From an uncultured Burkholderia sp. (GTDB lineage: Bacteria > Pseudomonadota > Gammaproteobacteria > Burkholderiales > Burkholderiaceae): a DNA stretch of 38,072 nucleotides. The notes beneath the pieces were generated by a model. It did not search any database and had not been told where the DNA came from. It saw only the letters and a program-made list of their open reading frames with translations. The translations under genes were made by a program, and so were the position numbers. The stretch's first letter is position 1, and every line of letters starts with the position of its first letter. The DNA lies in NCBI GenBank assembly GCA_964414365.1, contig CAYPWK010000005.1:1-38072 (forward strand), read 5' to 3'. Below, one piece after another: positions 21,840-30,878 of the stretch.

Positions 21840-22028
21840 GAATGTCCTCGCTCGTGATGTCCCGGTGACCTGACTGGATCGTCCCTTTCCGCCGACGGAT
21901 GAACTGCCCGTTTTCGCGAAACGCGCCGCAGTCGTTGCTGCGCCGCCGTGTAGGGCCTTCGCGCTTCTTTTGCATCGAAGCGTACCCACGCCGACGCGCT
22001 GAAATCCAATCAGTAATGCTCAATTGCG

Positions 22029-22047
22029 ATATAAGCAGCGCTAATAT
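22029..22047. promoter_or_regulatory. LysR-type T-N11-A binding box
   Basis: ATATAAGC-AGC-GCTAATAT dyad just upstream of the LysR start, in the divergent promoter region. Confidence 0.6.
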
Positions 22048-22052
22048 CGGGC

Positions 22053-22949
22053 ATGGACCTGACACTGCTGCGTGCTTTCGTGACGGTGGCGCACGTCGGC
22101 AATCTGACGCGCGCCGCCGCCCAATTGCACTTGACGCAACCGGCCGTCAGCCTGCAGGTCAAGAACCTGCAGGAGACGCTCGGCGTCGCGCTCTTCGCGC
22201 GCACGGCGCACGGGCTCGTGCTGACGCGCGACGGACAGGCGCTGCTGCCGCATGCCGAGCGCGCGCTCGCGGCGGCAAGCGATGTCGAGCGCGCGGCCGC
22301 CGCGTTGCGTCAGGAGGTGCGCGGCAAGCTGCGCATCGGCACGATCCTGGATCCCGACTTCCTGCGGCTCGGCGGTTTTCTAAAGCAGCTGGTCGAGACC
22401 TATCCGCAGATCGAGCCGGCGCTCAGGCACGGTATGTCGGGCTGGGTGGCCGAGCAGGTGCGCGCGGGCGAGCTCGACGTCGGTTATTACATCGGACGTC
22501 CGGCCGAGGAAGGCATGCCTGCCGGACTCTTTCACGCCGCCACGCTGACGCGCTTCCAATACCGCGTGCTCGCGCCGGCGGGATGGAAAGATCGCGTGAG
22601 CGGCGCGCGCGACTGGCGTGCGCTTGCCGCGCTGCCTTGGATTTGGACGCCGCCTGCATCGGCGCACCAGCGCCTTTTATCGCGCCGTTTCGCCGAAGCC
22701 GGTGCCAGCCCGGTCAAAGTGGCGGAAGTCGATCAGGAAACGTCGATGCTCGACCTCGTGAAATCGGGCGTCGGCTTGACGCTTGCGCGCGACGCGATCG
22801 CGATCGCCGAGGCGCATGCGCATGCGCTGACGATCGTCGAAGGTGTGACGGTGCCGACCGAACTCGCCTTCATCGCGCTCGCGGCCCGTATGGAAGAGCC
22901 GGCCATCGCCGCCGCGTTCAAGCTCATCGAAGCGCAGTGGATGGCATGA
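22053..22949 (+). CDS. LysR-family transcriptional regulator divergent from mmsA
   Basis: GNLTRAAAQLHLTQPAVSLQVKNLQ HTH followed by an LTTR substrate-binding domain. Confidence 0.95.
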   Translation: MDLTLLRAFVTVAHVGNLTRAAAQLHLTQPAVSLQVKNLQETLGVALFARTAHGLVLTRDGQALLPHAERALAAASDVERAAAALRQEVRGKLRIGTILDPDFLRLGGFLKQLVETYPQIEPALRHGMSGWVAEQVRAGELDVGYYIGRPAEEGMPAGLFHAATLTRFQYRVLAPAGWKDRVSGARDWRALAALPWIWTPPASAHQRLLSRRFAEAGASPVKVAEVDQETSMLDLVKSGVGLTLARDAIAIAEAHAHALTIVEGVTVPTELAFIALAARMEEPAIAAAFKLIEAQWMA

Positions 22950-23098
22950 GGTTGAAAGGACCCGTGCTCGCTTCGTTCGACTTCATTCTGTAACGGCCCG
23001 TAACGAAGACGATTTACGAGCCGATTTTCTGAAACGGCCGATCGCGATGCCGCGTTGCGGCCCCTATGAACCGGCCCGGATGCCCCGCCGCTGCTAGC

Positions 23099-23320
23099 TC
23101 AGTCGCGGTGCGCCTGCCGATAAGCCTCCCACGCCGCGCGCGCAGCCGGCTCCAGACCTTCCTCCGGCAATGTCGTCCGACGCTGTACAATCAGCAACGC
23201 ATACGGCTTGGAGAGCGCGCTTGCCTCCTTGCACAAGCTCAGTTCATCGCCTGTCGAAGGCGACCGGGCTCGCCAGAAGTTGATCGCGGCTTCCAGCTCG
23301 TTGATCGTGATTTCGGACAT
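23099..23320 (-). CDS. DUF3717-like small protein
   Basis: MSEITINELEAAINFWRARSPS...LC matches my recollection of this Burkholderiales family. Confidence 0.75.
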   Translation of the reverse strand: MSEITINELEAAINFWRARSPSTGDELSLCKEASALSKPYALLIVQRRTTLPEEGLEPAARAAWEAYRQAHRD

Positions 23321-23462
23321 GATTCTCGTGATGGATATCCGCCGCTTTCGGTCGATCGCTTGTGGCGGCACGCGCTCGATATGGCGGAGGGGCCCCGCAA
23401 ACGGAGTGCCAGCCTTGCGAGTCGCGTGCTGAACGCTAACCCATTGTACTTGAGCGACTTAC

Positions 23463-24149
23463 ATGCGACTTCTCCTGATCGAAGACGACCGCCCCATCGC
23501 GCGCGGTATCCAAAGTAGTCTCGAACAAGTCGGCTTCACCGTCGACATGGTTCACGACGGTATCTTCGCCGAGCAAGCTCTGACGCAAAACCGCCATGAG
23601 CTCGTCATTCTCGATTTGGGCTTGCCCGGCATCGACGGCATGACGCTGCTCTCGCGATTCCGTCAAGGCAACCGCCATACGCCCGTGATCGTCCTGACAG
23701 CGCGCGACGAACTGAACGACCGCGTCCAAGGACTCAACGCCGGCGCCGACGACTACATGTTGAAGCCGTTCGAACCCGCCGAGCTGGAAGCGCGCATTCG
23801 CGCCGTGATGCGCCGAAGCGGCCCCGCGCACGACATGCCGCGGCCCGAAGTCTCGTTGGGCGGCGTGCGTCTTTCGGGCGTCGATCGCCGCATCTTCAAC
23901 GACGACAAGCCGCTCGAGCTCTCGCCGCGCGAGTTCGCCGTGCTCGAGATGCTGCTGTTACGCCATGGCCGCGTCGTCAGCAAGGCACAGCTGCAGGACC
24001 ACCTGACGCATTTCGGCGGCGATCTCGGCGACACGGCCATTGAGGTCTATGTCCACCGCGTTCGCAAGAAGCTTGAAAACTGTCGCGTCGAAATCGTGAC
24101 CGTGCGCGGCTTCGGCTATCTGCTGCAGGAAATTCGTCAGCTGTCCTAA
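23463..24149 (+). CDS. OmpR-family response regulator (TctD/QseB-like)
   Basis: LLIEDD, LDLGLP, GADDYMLKPF, IEVYVHRVRKK, TVRGFGY. Confidence 0.95.
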   Translation: MRLLLIEDDRPIARGIQSSLEQVGFTVDMVHDGIFAEQALTQNRHELVILDLGLPGIDGMTLLSRFRQGNRHTPVIVLTARDELNDRVQGLNAGADDYMLKPFEPAELEARIRAVMRRSGPAHDMPRPEVSLGGVRLSGVDRRIFNDDKPLELSPREFAVLEMLLLRHGRVVSKAQLQDHLTHFGGDLGDTAIEVYVHRVRKKLENCRVEIVTVRGFGYLLQEIRQLS

Positions 24150-24169
24150 GGATCGCGTCTCAACCGATC

Positions 24170-25672
24170 ATGCACGACCCCGTTGCAATCAGTCTGCGCC
24201 GTTCGCTGCTGCGGCGCCTCGCGGGGCCGCTCTCGCTGCTCGCCTTGATGAGCGGCCTCATCGCCTACTGGCTCGCCTGGCAGTACACGCAGCATGTAAT
24301 CGACCGGTCGCTCGTGGATCTGGCGGCGGCCATGTCGAAGCAGATTCAGATCGCGGGACCGAATGCGCGCACTTCGGTGCCGCCGCTCGCACAAGCGATG
24401 TTCTCCGACCCGAAGCAGCACTTGATCTATCGGATCAACGATGGCGAGCGCGAACTCGCCGGCGACCCGGACCTTCCGCTATTCGGTAAGAGCGTGCGTC
24501 TGATGCACTACGCGTACGTTTTCGAGGCGCAGTATCGCAACATGACTGTGCGCGTCGCGCAAGTCCGTTTCACGCAGCCCAACGGCCGTCCGATGGTGGT
24601 CGAAGTGGCGCAACAGCTACGCCATCGATATCGGATCGCGGCCGAGTTCCTCGTCGCGATCATGATGCCGCTGCTGTTGCTGCTGTTAGCCGGTTGGGGG
24701 ATCGTCTGGAGCGTCGTCAATCAGCAGCTCGGCCCGCTGACGGCGCTTGCCGATTCGCTGAACCGGCAGACGCACATGTCGCTCGAGAAAGTCGACGAAA
24801 CACTCGTGCCGACCGAGATCCGTCCGCTCACGAGCGCATTGAACGCGCTGCTTGAACGACTGAAGGCAGCACTCGAGGCCCAGCGCAAGTTCATTGCGGA
24901 TGCCGCGCATCAGTTGCGCACACCATTGACGGCGGTGAAGCTGCACGCCGAACAGGCGGCCAGCGCGCGTGATCCGTACCAGACCCTCGCGGCCGTTCGC
25001 GAATTGCGCGCGGCGGCCGACCGGGCCGTCCGGCTCTCCAACCAGCTACTTTCACTCGCGCGAGCAGAACCGGGGGCACAGACGGCCCGTTTCGTCGACG
25101 TCGATATTGCCGCGCTCGCGTTCGAAACCGGCGCCGAATGGGTGCCGAGAGCGCTGGCCGCTCACGTCGATCTCGGCTTTCAGCGGCTCGACGATCCGAG
25201 CAATGACACGCCGCTCATCGTGCGCGGGAATCCGATCCTGTTGCGGGAAGTCGTCGGCAATCTGCTTGACAATGCGCTCAAGTATGCGCCTTCGGCTGGC
25301 CGCGACGGCGCGCGTGTGACGGTAACGGTCACGCGGATCGAGGCTGCCGATGGGGTACCGCTTGCGCAGATCGTCGTCGAAGACAACGGCGCGGGCGTCC
25401 CTATCGCATTGCAAGCCGATCTCTTCAAGCGGTTCTTCCGCGGCGACAGGAACGACTCGGAGGACGCCGGCGTCGATGCGGGTGCGGGCCTCGGCCTTGC
25501 CATCGTCCACGACATCATGAATTTGCATGGCGGCAAGGTGCAATATGCCGATGCGCCCGATGGCGGCGCTCAATTCATCCTACGCATTCCCCTTGCCGCA
25601 CAGGCGCAGGTACCGGCACCGACCGACGCAAAATGTCACGACGAAGCGACTTCGTCGCTTCGCGATAACTAG
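24170..25672 (+). CDS. Sensor histidine kinase (TctE/QseC-like)
   Basis: Two TM segments, HAMP, H-box DAAHQLRTPL, NLLDNALKY, DNGAG, GAGLGLAIV. Confidence 0.95.
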   Translation: MHDPVAISLRRSLLRRLAGPLSLLALMSGLIAYWLAWQYTQHVIDRSLVDLAAAMSKQIQIAGPNARTSVPPLAQAMFSDPKQHLIYRINDGERELAGDPDLPLFGKSVRLMHYAYVFEAQYRNMTVRVAQVRFTQPNGRPMVVEVAQQLRHRYRIAAEFLVAIMMPLLLLLLAGWGIVWSVVNQQLGPLTALADSLNRQTHMSLEKVDETLVPTEIRPLTSALNALLERLKAALEAQRKFIADAAHQLRTPLTAVKLHAEQAASARDPYQTLAAVRELRAAADRAVRLSNQLLSLARAEPGAQTARFVDVDIAALAFETGAEWVPRALAAHVDLGFQRLDDPSNDTPLIVRGNPILLREVVGNLLDNALKYAPSAGRDGARVTVTVTRIEAADGVPLAQIVVEDNGAGVPIALQADLFKRFFRGDRNDSEDAGVDAGAGLGLAIVHDIMNLHGGKVQYADAPDGGAQFILRIPLAAQAQVPAPTDAKCHDEATSSLRDN

Positions 25673-25689
25673 AAAAATAGAAGCCGACC

Positions 25690-26151
25690 TCAGGCCTTGC
25701 CGTTGCGCTTGGGCGCGAGCATCGTGCCTCGGCATTTACGCGCGCCACAGCGGCAGGCGTACTCTTCCTTGAGCTTCTTCGTGAGGCGCACGTCCACTAC
25801 GAGGCCGTAGTCGTAGAACAGTTCCTCGTCGGCGGCAATGTCGCGCAGCGCGCGAATGAACACGCGTCCCTCGATTTCCTCTGCCTCGCAATTCGGTGCG
25901 CATGAATGATTGATCCAGCGCGCGCTGTTGCCGCCCACGTTACCGTCGATGACGCGACCGTCCTCGAGGGCGAAATAGAACGTATGGTTCGGGTCGTCTG
26001 GATTGTGCGGATGCCGGCGCTGGGCCTCTTTCCATGAAATCCGCTCACCCTTGTATTCCATCAGCCGCTCGCCCGCGCTGAGCGGTGCGGCGGCAAACAC
26101 GCCCTTGCCATGCACACCCGAACGGCGCACGACCAACTTGCGTGAACTCAT
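25690..26151 (-). CDS. SET-domain protein lysine methyltransferase with post-SET Cys motif
   Basis: GKGVFA, RWINHSCAPN, EELFYDY, CRCGARKC. Confidence 0.93.
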   Translation of the reverse strand: MSSRKLVVRRSGVHGKGVFAAAPLSAGERLMEYKGERISWKEAQRRHPHNPDDPNHTFYFALEDGRVIDGNVGGNSARWINHSCAPNCEAEEIEGRVFIRALRDIAADEELFYDYGLVVDVRLTKKLKEEYACRCGARKCRGTMLAPKRNGKA

Positions 26152-26234
26152 TGACGAATCCTCTGAAAACCAACAATGCCGCTACCGCGCGGCGCACGTC
26201 GCCGCACATGAGAGCGCTTTCGATCACGGGATAG

Positions 26235-26262
26235 AAAACGCGGCGCCCATAGGGCGCCGCGT
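26235..26262 (-). terminator. Intrinsic terminator downstream of the MarR gene
   Basis: Minus strand ACGCGGCGCCC-TAT-GGGCGCCGCGT followed by TTTCTAT. Confidence 0.6.
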
Positions 26263-26443
26263 CGGCACATGACGTCATGTACGTCACAAAGCGTGATCGT
26301 ACACGCTGACGATATCTTCGTTCAACGTCGCACGGCAGAATATGAAAAAAAGCGTGCAGCGGGCTGCTGAAAGCCGGTTAAGTCGACCACGGGCGACGAC
26401 AAGCGCGGTCGTTGAAAGCAAGCACGCTTCGCTTAGAGGGGAT

Positions 26444-27085
26444 TCAGCCCTGCGCGAAGATCTTCCAGATCCGCTTCTGGGCCATCGAGTCGGCTTCCTC
26501 ATGCACGTCGCAGTCAAGGCGAAGCTCGACATCGCCCAACGAGGCGCCGAGCGCCAGGCACCGATGCGGCGCCTTTTTGACGTTCTTGCTCGGTTCGAAA
26601 TGGCGGCACGTCATGCACATTCTGTGCGGCGGAATGTCGCCCTGCACCTGCAACTGGCGAATCATCTTCAGGAGCGTTCGATAGAAGACGGCCTGCTCGT
26701 CGCCGCCAAGCGTGTCGATCGCCGCGCTGAGAAAGTCGGGCCACTGGAGCGCCCGCTTGGCTGCCGTACGACCCTTCCCCGTCAAACGAACGGCAAGCGC
26801 GCGCCCGTCCTCGTGCGCGCGACGCTTTTCGATAAGGCCTTTCGCTTCGAGCGTGCTGACGGCGTCGCTCGTCGTTGCGGCCGTGAGTGCCGTCTCGCGC
26901 GCAATCTCCCCGAGCCGCAAGGGCGTCTTGCGCTGCATAAGCAAAACGAGAATCTCCCCTTGCGTCGGTGTCAACCCGGCGCTTTCGGCCCATTCCCACG
27001 CCTGGCTGCGCATCGCCGTGTTCAGCCGCAGCAAGCTATGGGTCACACGCCCCGTCGCTTGCTCTCCGTATGCACCTTCGCTCAT
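26444..27085 (-). CDS. MarR-family winged-helix regulator with a Cys-rich C-terminal extension
   Basis: GLTPTQGEIL, TSDAVSTLEAKGLI, DGR wing; C-terminal CMTCRHF...HRC...LDC. Confidence 0.9.
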   Translation of the reverse strand: MSEGAYGEQATGRVTHSLLRLNTAMRSQAWEWAESAGLTPTQGEILVLLMQRKTPLRLGEIARETALTAATTSDAVSTLEAKGLIEKRRAHEDGRALAVRLTGKGRTAAKRALQWPDFLSAAIDTLGGDEQAVFYRTLLKMIRQLQVQGDIPPHRMCMTCRHFEPSKNVKKAPHRCLALGASLGDVELRLDCDVHEEADSMAQKRIWKIFAQG

Positions 27086-27389
27086 GGTCTTTCTTCGCTA
27101 TTTCGCCATTGACAGCATCCGCTGCTGATCCGGTCGCCAGTGTGCGCCTACCGCGCGACGCGCCGCAAGCTCCGCTGGACGACTCGCCCTCTCGAGCCTA
27201 TCGAATTTTACTATTCCAGAGTCTTTCGCTTGGCCCGACAAAAATATCAAGCATCGGGACAGGATGGCGCTCGCACGGCAGTACCCTCGCAAGCCATGCA
27301 CGGCGTTCGCGCTAAAACCGTTGGAAGCGACGAGTTCGCCATTTTAAGCGAGACAAGCCGCCTGTCGAGCCCACTTATTCTCGAAATTG

Positions 27390-27615
27390 TGTGGATAACT
27401 TTTGTATAACCGCGTGAATCTTCTGTGACGGAATGTTCGTAACCCGTCCGTCCCAAAAAATGCGGCTCAGGTTATGCGCTACACCTTCGCCCGACGCACG
27501 CGCGATCCACGCGGTTATCGTTTTCCCAACCCATTGAAGCGTCGGCAAGTTTTGCGGTTTTCCACAGCGGCGGCGGTCGCTTGTTAACTATTACTACTTT
27601 TGTATACGTATTAAC
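27390..27615. other. oriC-like module A (DnaA boxes, IHF-like site, DnaA-trio/AT-rich element)
   Basis: TGTGGATAA 27390-27398, TTTGTATAA 27401-27409, IHF-like site 27527-27539, TTTTCCACA 27558-27566, GC-rich spacer, then TTGTTAACTATTACTACTTTTGTATACGTATTAA. Confidence 0.75.
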
Positions 27616-27625
27616 GAAGACAAAC

Positions 27626-28744
27626 CTAGAAACTGCGCCAGCGCACACACTGTTGCCGTACCGCTTCGTGGAGCGATTTTTCTTTGGCCACGACGCTGCG
27701 CAGCCACGTCGCATCGTTCATTTGTTCTCGCGCGATAACGGCGATCTGCTCGAGCGCGGCACCCGAGTGAAGGGCCCGAGCATGGGGCGCGATGGTTTCC
27801 AGTGTTTCGAGGATGTCTTCGAAGATCGTGCGGCGAGCGCCGGTTTGCGGATTGATGCAGGTTCCGCCAAGACCGAAACGACACGCTTCGAAGCGGTTGA
27901 ACGTGTAGACGAGGTAGTCGTCCTCTCTCGGCATGAACGGCTTATCGACGAGCAAATGCCTCGCGAGCGTCTGGATGTAGCACGCGATCGCCGCGGCGCG
28001 GTCGATCGATAGCGGCGTATCCATGACGCGTACCTCGATCGTGCCGTAACCGGGCTTCGGCCGAATATCCCAGTAGAAGTCCTTCATGCTGTTGACGACG
28101 CCTGTCGCGACCATCTTCGAAAAGTACTCCTCGAAGCCGTCCCAGGTCAGCACGAACGGTGCGCGACCCGAAAGCGGGAATGCGAACACCGAGTTGAGAC
28201 GCGCCGAGTGGAACCCCGTATCGACGCCCTGCACGTAAGGTGAGGACGCCGAGAGCGCGATGAAGTGCGGAATGAACCGCGACATGGCGTGTAGCAGAAA
28301 GAGCGCGCTGTTCGCGTCGGGGCAGCCGATATGGACGTGTTGGCCAAATACCGTGAACTGCTTTGCCAGATAGCCGTAGAGCTCGGAAAGGTACTGAAAG
28401 CGCGGCGCGTCGAAGATTTGCCGCTCCGTCCAGTGCTGGAACGCATGTGTACCGCCGCCGCAAAGACCCACGTTGAGTTGATCCGCCGCGGCGACAAGCG
28501 TGTCGCGAATCGTGCGCAACTGCGAGAGCGCTTCTTCGTGCGACGTGCAAACGCCCGTGGAAAGCTCGATCATGCTTTCGGTGATCTCGGGCGTGATGTT
28601 TCCCGGAATCTTCTGGTCCTTGACGAGACGCATCAAATCGGATGCCGCTTTCGTCAGATCGTAGTCGTGCTTGTTGACGACTTGGATCTCTAGCTCGACA
28701 CCGAACGTGAACGGTTTGGAATCGACGAAGGGTTCAAGTGCCAT
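27626..28744 (-). CDS. YbdK-family carboxylate-amine ligase (glutamate--cysteine ligase 2)
   Basis: [37 protein letters not shown]. Confidence 0.93.
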   Translation of the reverse strand: MALEPFVDSKPFTFGVELEIQVVNKHDYDLTKAASDLMRLVKDQKIPGNITPEITESMIELSTGVCTSHEEALSQLRTIRDTLVAAADQLNVGLCGGGTHAFQHWTERQIFDAPRFQYLSELYGYLAKQFTVFGQHVHIGCPDANSALFLLHAMSRFIPHFIALSASSPYVQGVDTGFHSARLNSVFAFPLSGRAPFVLTWDGFEEYFSKMVATGVVNSMKDFYWDIRPKPGYGTIEVRVMDTPLSIDRAAAIACYIQTLARHLLVDKPFMPREDDYLVYTFNRFEACRFGLGGTCINPQTGARRTIFEDILETLETIAPHARALHSGAALEQIAVIAREQMNDATWLRSVVAKEKSLHEAVRQQCVRWRSF

Positions 28745-28835
28745 GTTGGTGTCCTATGGTGAAACGGCCCTGCGCGCACTGAAGCGGTCCACGCGTCGGC
28801 GAAAAAAGTTTGGAATTCTGGAACGGGTGCTCATG

Positions 28836-30038
28836 TCACTCGCGGCGCTCACCAACGAGCGTCAGGCTGCGATAGACGATCCAGGGCCCGACGAGCTGCA
28901 AGACGACGATAGCGCTGAGCGCAACCGCCCGCAGCGTCGGATCGAACTGCGGGTAGAGCAGATAGGTGTCATCGACGAGCAGGTAAGCAAGCGCCGACAT
29001 AGGCGCAAGCGACAAGCCCAGCGCAACGCCCTGCTTCCAGTCGAGCCCGCTCGGCTTCGCGAACGCGAGCACGCCAACGAGCTTGGCCACGAAGCGCGCC
29101 ACGATGAGGCCGATCGCCGCGACGCCACCGATCGCGAGATCCTTCCATTGGAACGACGTAAGCGTAAGCACGAACAAAATGACGGTCAGCAGCCAGCCCG
29201 CCGTGCCGAAGTGCTGCGGCCATAGCTGCGGCTTTTCCTCGAAGTTCTTCACGATGATCCCGGCGGCAAGGAGGCTCAGGATGGTCGAGACCTTGAAGAT
29301 GTTCGCGATGGCGATGGCAAGCAGCACGAGCCCGAACAGCGCGACGAAAGAATGCTCGTCTTGCATGTTGACGCGCCGGTAGAGCAACATGCACGCGCGC
29401 GCAAGCAGGTAAGCGACGACGAGCGAGCCCGCGATGAGATAGAGCGGCTGAACGATCGTAGCGAAGACATTGCCGTAGACCTCCTGATGAAGCCAGGCCG
29501 AAACGATCTTCTCGACGACGACGGCATACATGCTGTTGAGCGCGGTCAGCGTGAGAAGACGCTGCGTCACCTGCCCTTCCGCACGTAATTCCGTCTTGAG
29601 CTGAATCACCATCGCCGGCGAAGTCGACATCGAAATGGCCGCCAACACCGTCGCAACGGTTGGCGATACTTTCGCAAACAGCAAGACCACGAGCACAAGC
29701 ACGAACGTCAGCGTGGCTTCGGCGAGGCTCGAGAGGATCAGCCAAGGATTGCGGCGGACCCAGCGCAAATCGAGCCGGCTACCGAGCTCGAACAGCAACA
29801 ATCCCAGCCCGACGTCTAGGAGAAGTCGCGACGTTTCGATCATGTCGGCATCGATCGCACCGAAGCCGGCCGAGCCGGCGATGAGACCGATGACAGCATA
29901 CCCGGACACGCGAGGCAGGCGCCATGCCCGGTAGCAGAGCTCCCCGCAAAGACCCGCGACAAACAAGGCGAGTCCCGCCCAGAAAATACCGCTCAGCGGG
30001 AACGGCCAACTCGGCAGAAACGAAAACGCCGATGTCAT
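28836..30038 (-). CDS. Cation:proton antiporter (CPA2 / Na+/H+ exchanger family)
   Basis: Multi-TM protein, GLLLFELG, STSPA. AAGGAG RBS before MTSAFSF. Confidence 0.88.
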   Translation of the reverse strand: MTSAFSFLPSWPFPLSGIFWAGLALFVAGLCGELCYRAWRLPRVSGYAVIGLIAGSAGFGAIDADMIETSRLLLDVGLGLLLFELGSRLDLRWVRRNPWLILSSLAEATLTFVLVLVVLLFAKVSPTVATVLAAISMSTSPAMVIQLKTELRAEGQVTQRLLTLTALNSMYAVVVEKIVSAWLHQEVYGNVFATIVQPLYLIAGSLVVAYLLARACMLLYRRVNMQDEHSFVALFGLVLLAIAIANIFKVSTILSLLAAGIIVKNFEEKPQLWPQHFGTAGWLLTVILFVLTLTSFQWKDLAIGGVAAIGLIVARFVAKLVGVLAFAKPSGLDWKQGVALGLSLAPMSALAYLLVDDTYLLYPQFDPTLRAVALSAIVVLQLVGPWIVYRSLTLVGERRE

Positions 30039-30300
30039 GAATAGCTTCTCCTTACGGACAAGCCGCTTTCGAACATCTGGGAAGCGGCCGATGTGCGTGT
30101 TCGCCCGATCGGGCGTGAAGCCGTCGGACGCAAATGGCGGCAACCGGCGAACCGGCCCGCGGGCCGCAAAGGAGTCACCAGGGCCCGGCGAGACCCGCTC
30201 GACTGCGACGGGCCAGCCTACGACGAATTGCCGGCAGCGAGTGCGCGATGAACGGCGCTCACACTGCCCGGCGCGATGAATGGGAACGGACGTAGCCGCT

Positions 30301-30387
30301 CAGGTCTGGGATTCCGAACTGGCTTTCGCCGTTCCACCAGTACCGGCCGTGTTTCGGGGTACCGACGTGCAAACACCTGCAGGAAGA
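30301..30387 (-). ncRNA. Candidate structured leader RNA or sRNA upstream of the antiporter
   Basis: Extended -10-like TGGCACAAT at 30394-30402 (minus), followed by helices that could form a multi-way junction, including a GGC-GAAA-GCC tetraloop hairpin. Family not recognised. Confidence 0.35.
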
Positions 30388-30612
30388 ACGCGGATTGTGC
30401 CATAACCTGCACGTTCTCGAGCTATTCGTCACCGTTATTCAGGCATTTCGGTACAAATGACGCAAAACCAGTCGCAAGCTGGAAAAATCATCCGATTTCT
30501 AGGCCTCGGGGCTGTCCGCATCCGACGCCTGTCAGCGCCAGTCCGCCAGCACCGGATGCCGTGTTCGGGAAAGCCCGTACCACTTAGCTGGGCCGATGGC
30601 TAGCGAGGACCG

Positions 30613-30875
30613 GGTTTACAGGTTTACGTATGTATACACGTAGTAGCAGTTAACAAACCGCGCCATTTTCTGTGCATAACGCCCATTTTTCGCTTTGAAT
30701 CAAGCAGTTGGAGAACGCATAACCGTTTGCGCACGATGTGCGGGACGGTCCGGTTTCGCGGAACAACTTTTTCGCGTCCTTCGCCTGCCAGCAGGTTGTC
30801 CCGTTTACGTCCACATCGAGTTCACAGCGATTTCAGCGGCTCTTCAGGCACTTACCCACAAGCAGCGGTGGACAA
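30613..30875. other. oriC-like module B (mirror image of module A)
   Basis: GTATACACGTAGTAGCAGTTAACAA, DnaA box TGTGCATAA 30671-30679, perfect IHF consensus AATCAAGCAGTTG 30698-30710, opposite-orientation box TTACCCACA 30852-30860. Confidence 0.75.
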
Positions 30876-30878
30876 GTC

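Noticed and set aside
26284-26532. Small minus-strand ORF ending just before the terminator downstream of MarR
   Set aside because: It overlaps the MarR 3' end, and has no clear RBS or recognisable protein features.
30308-30340. tRNA-like GGTGGAA...GTTCGGAATCCC on the minus strand
   Set aside because: No T-stem, anticodon arm or acceptor stem can be formed; kept only as part of the leader RNA candidate.
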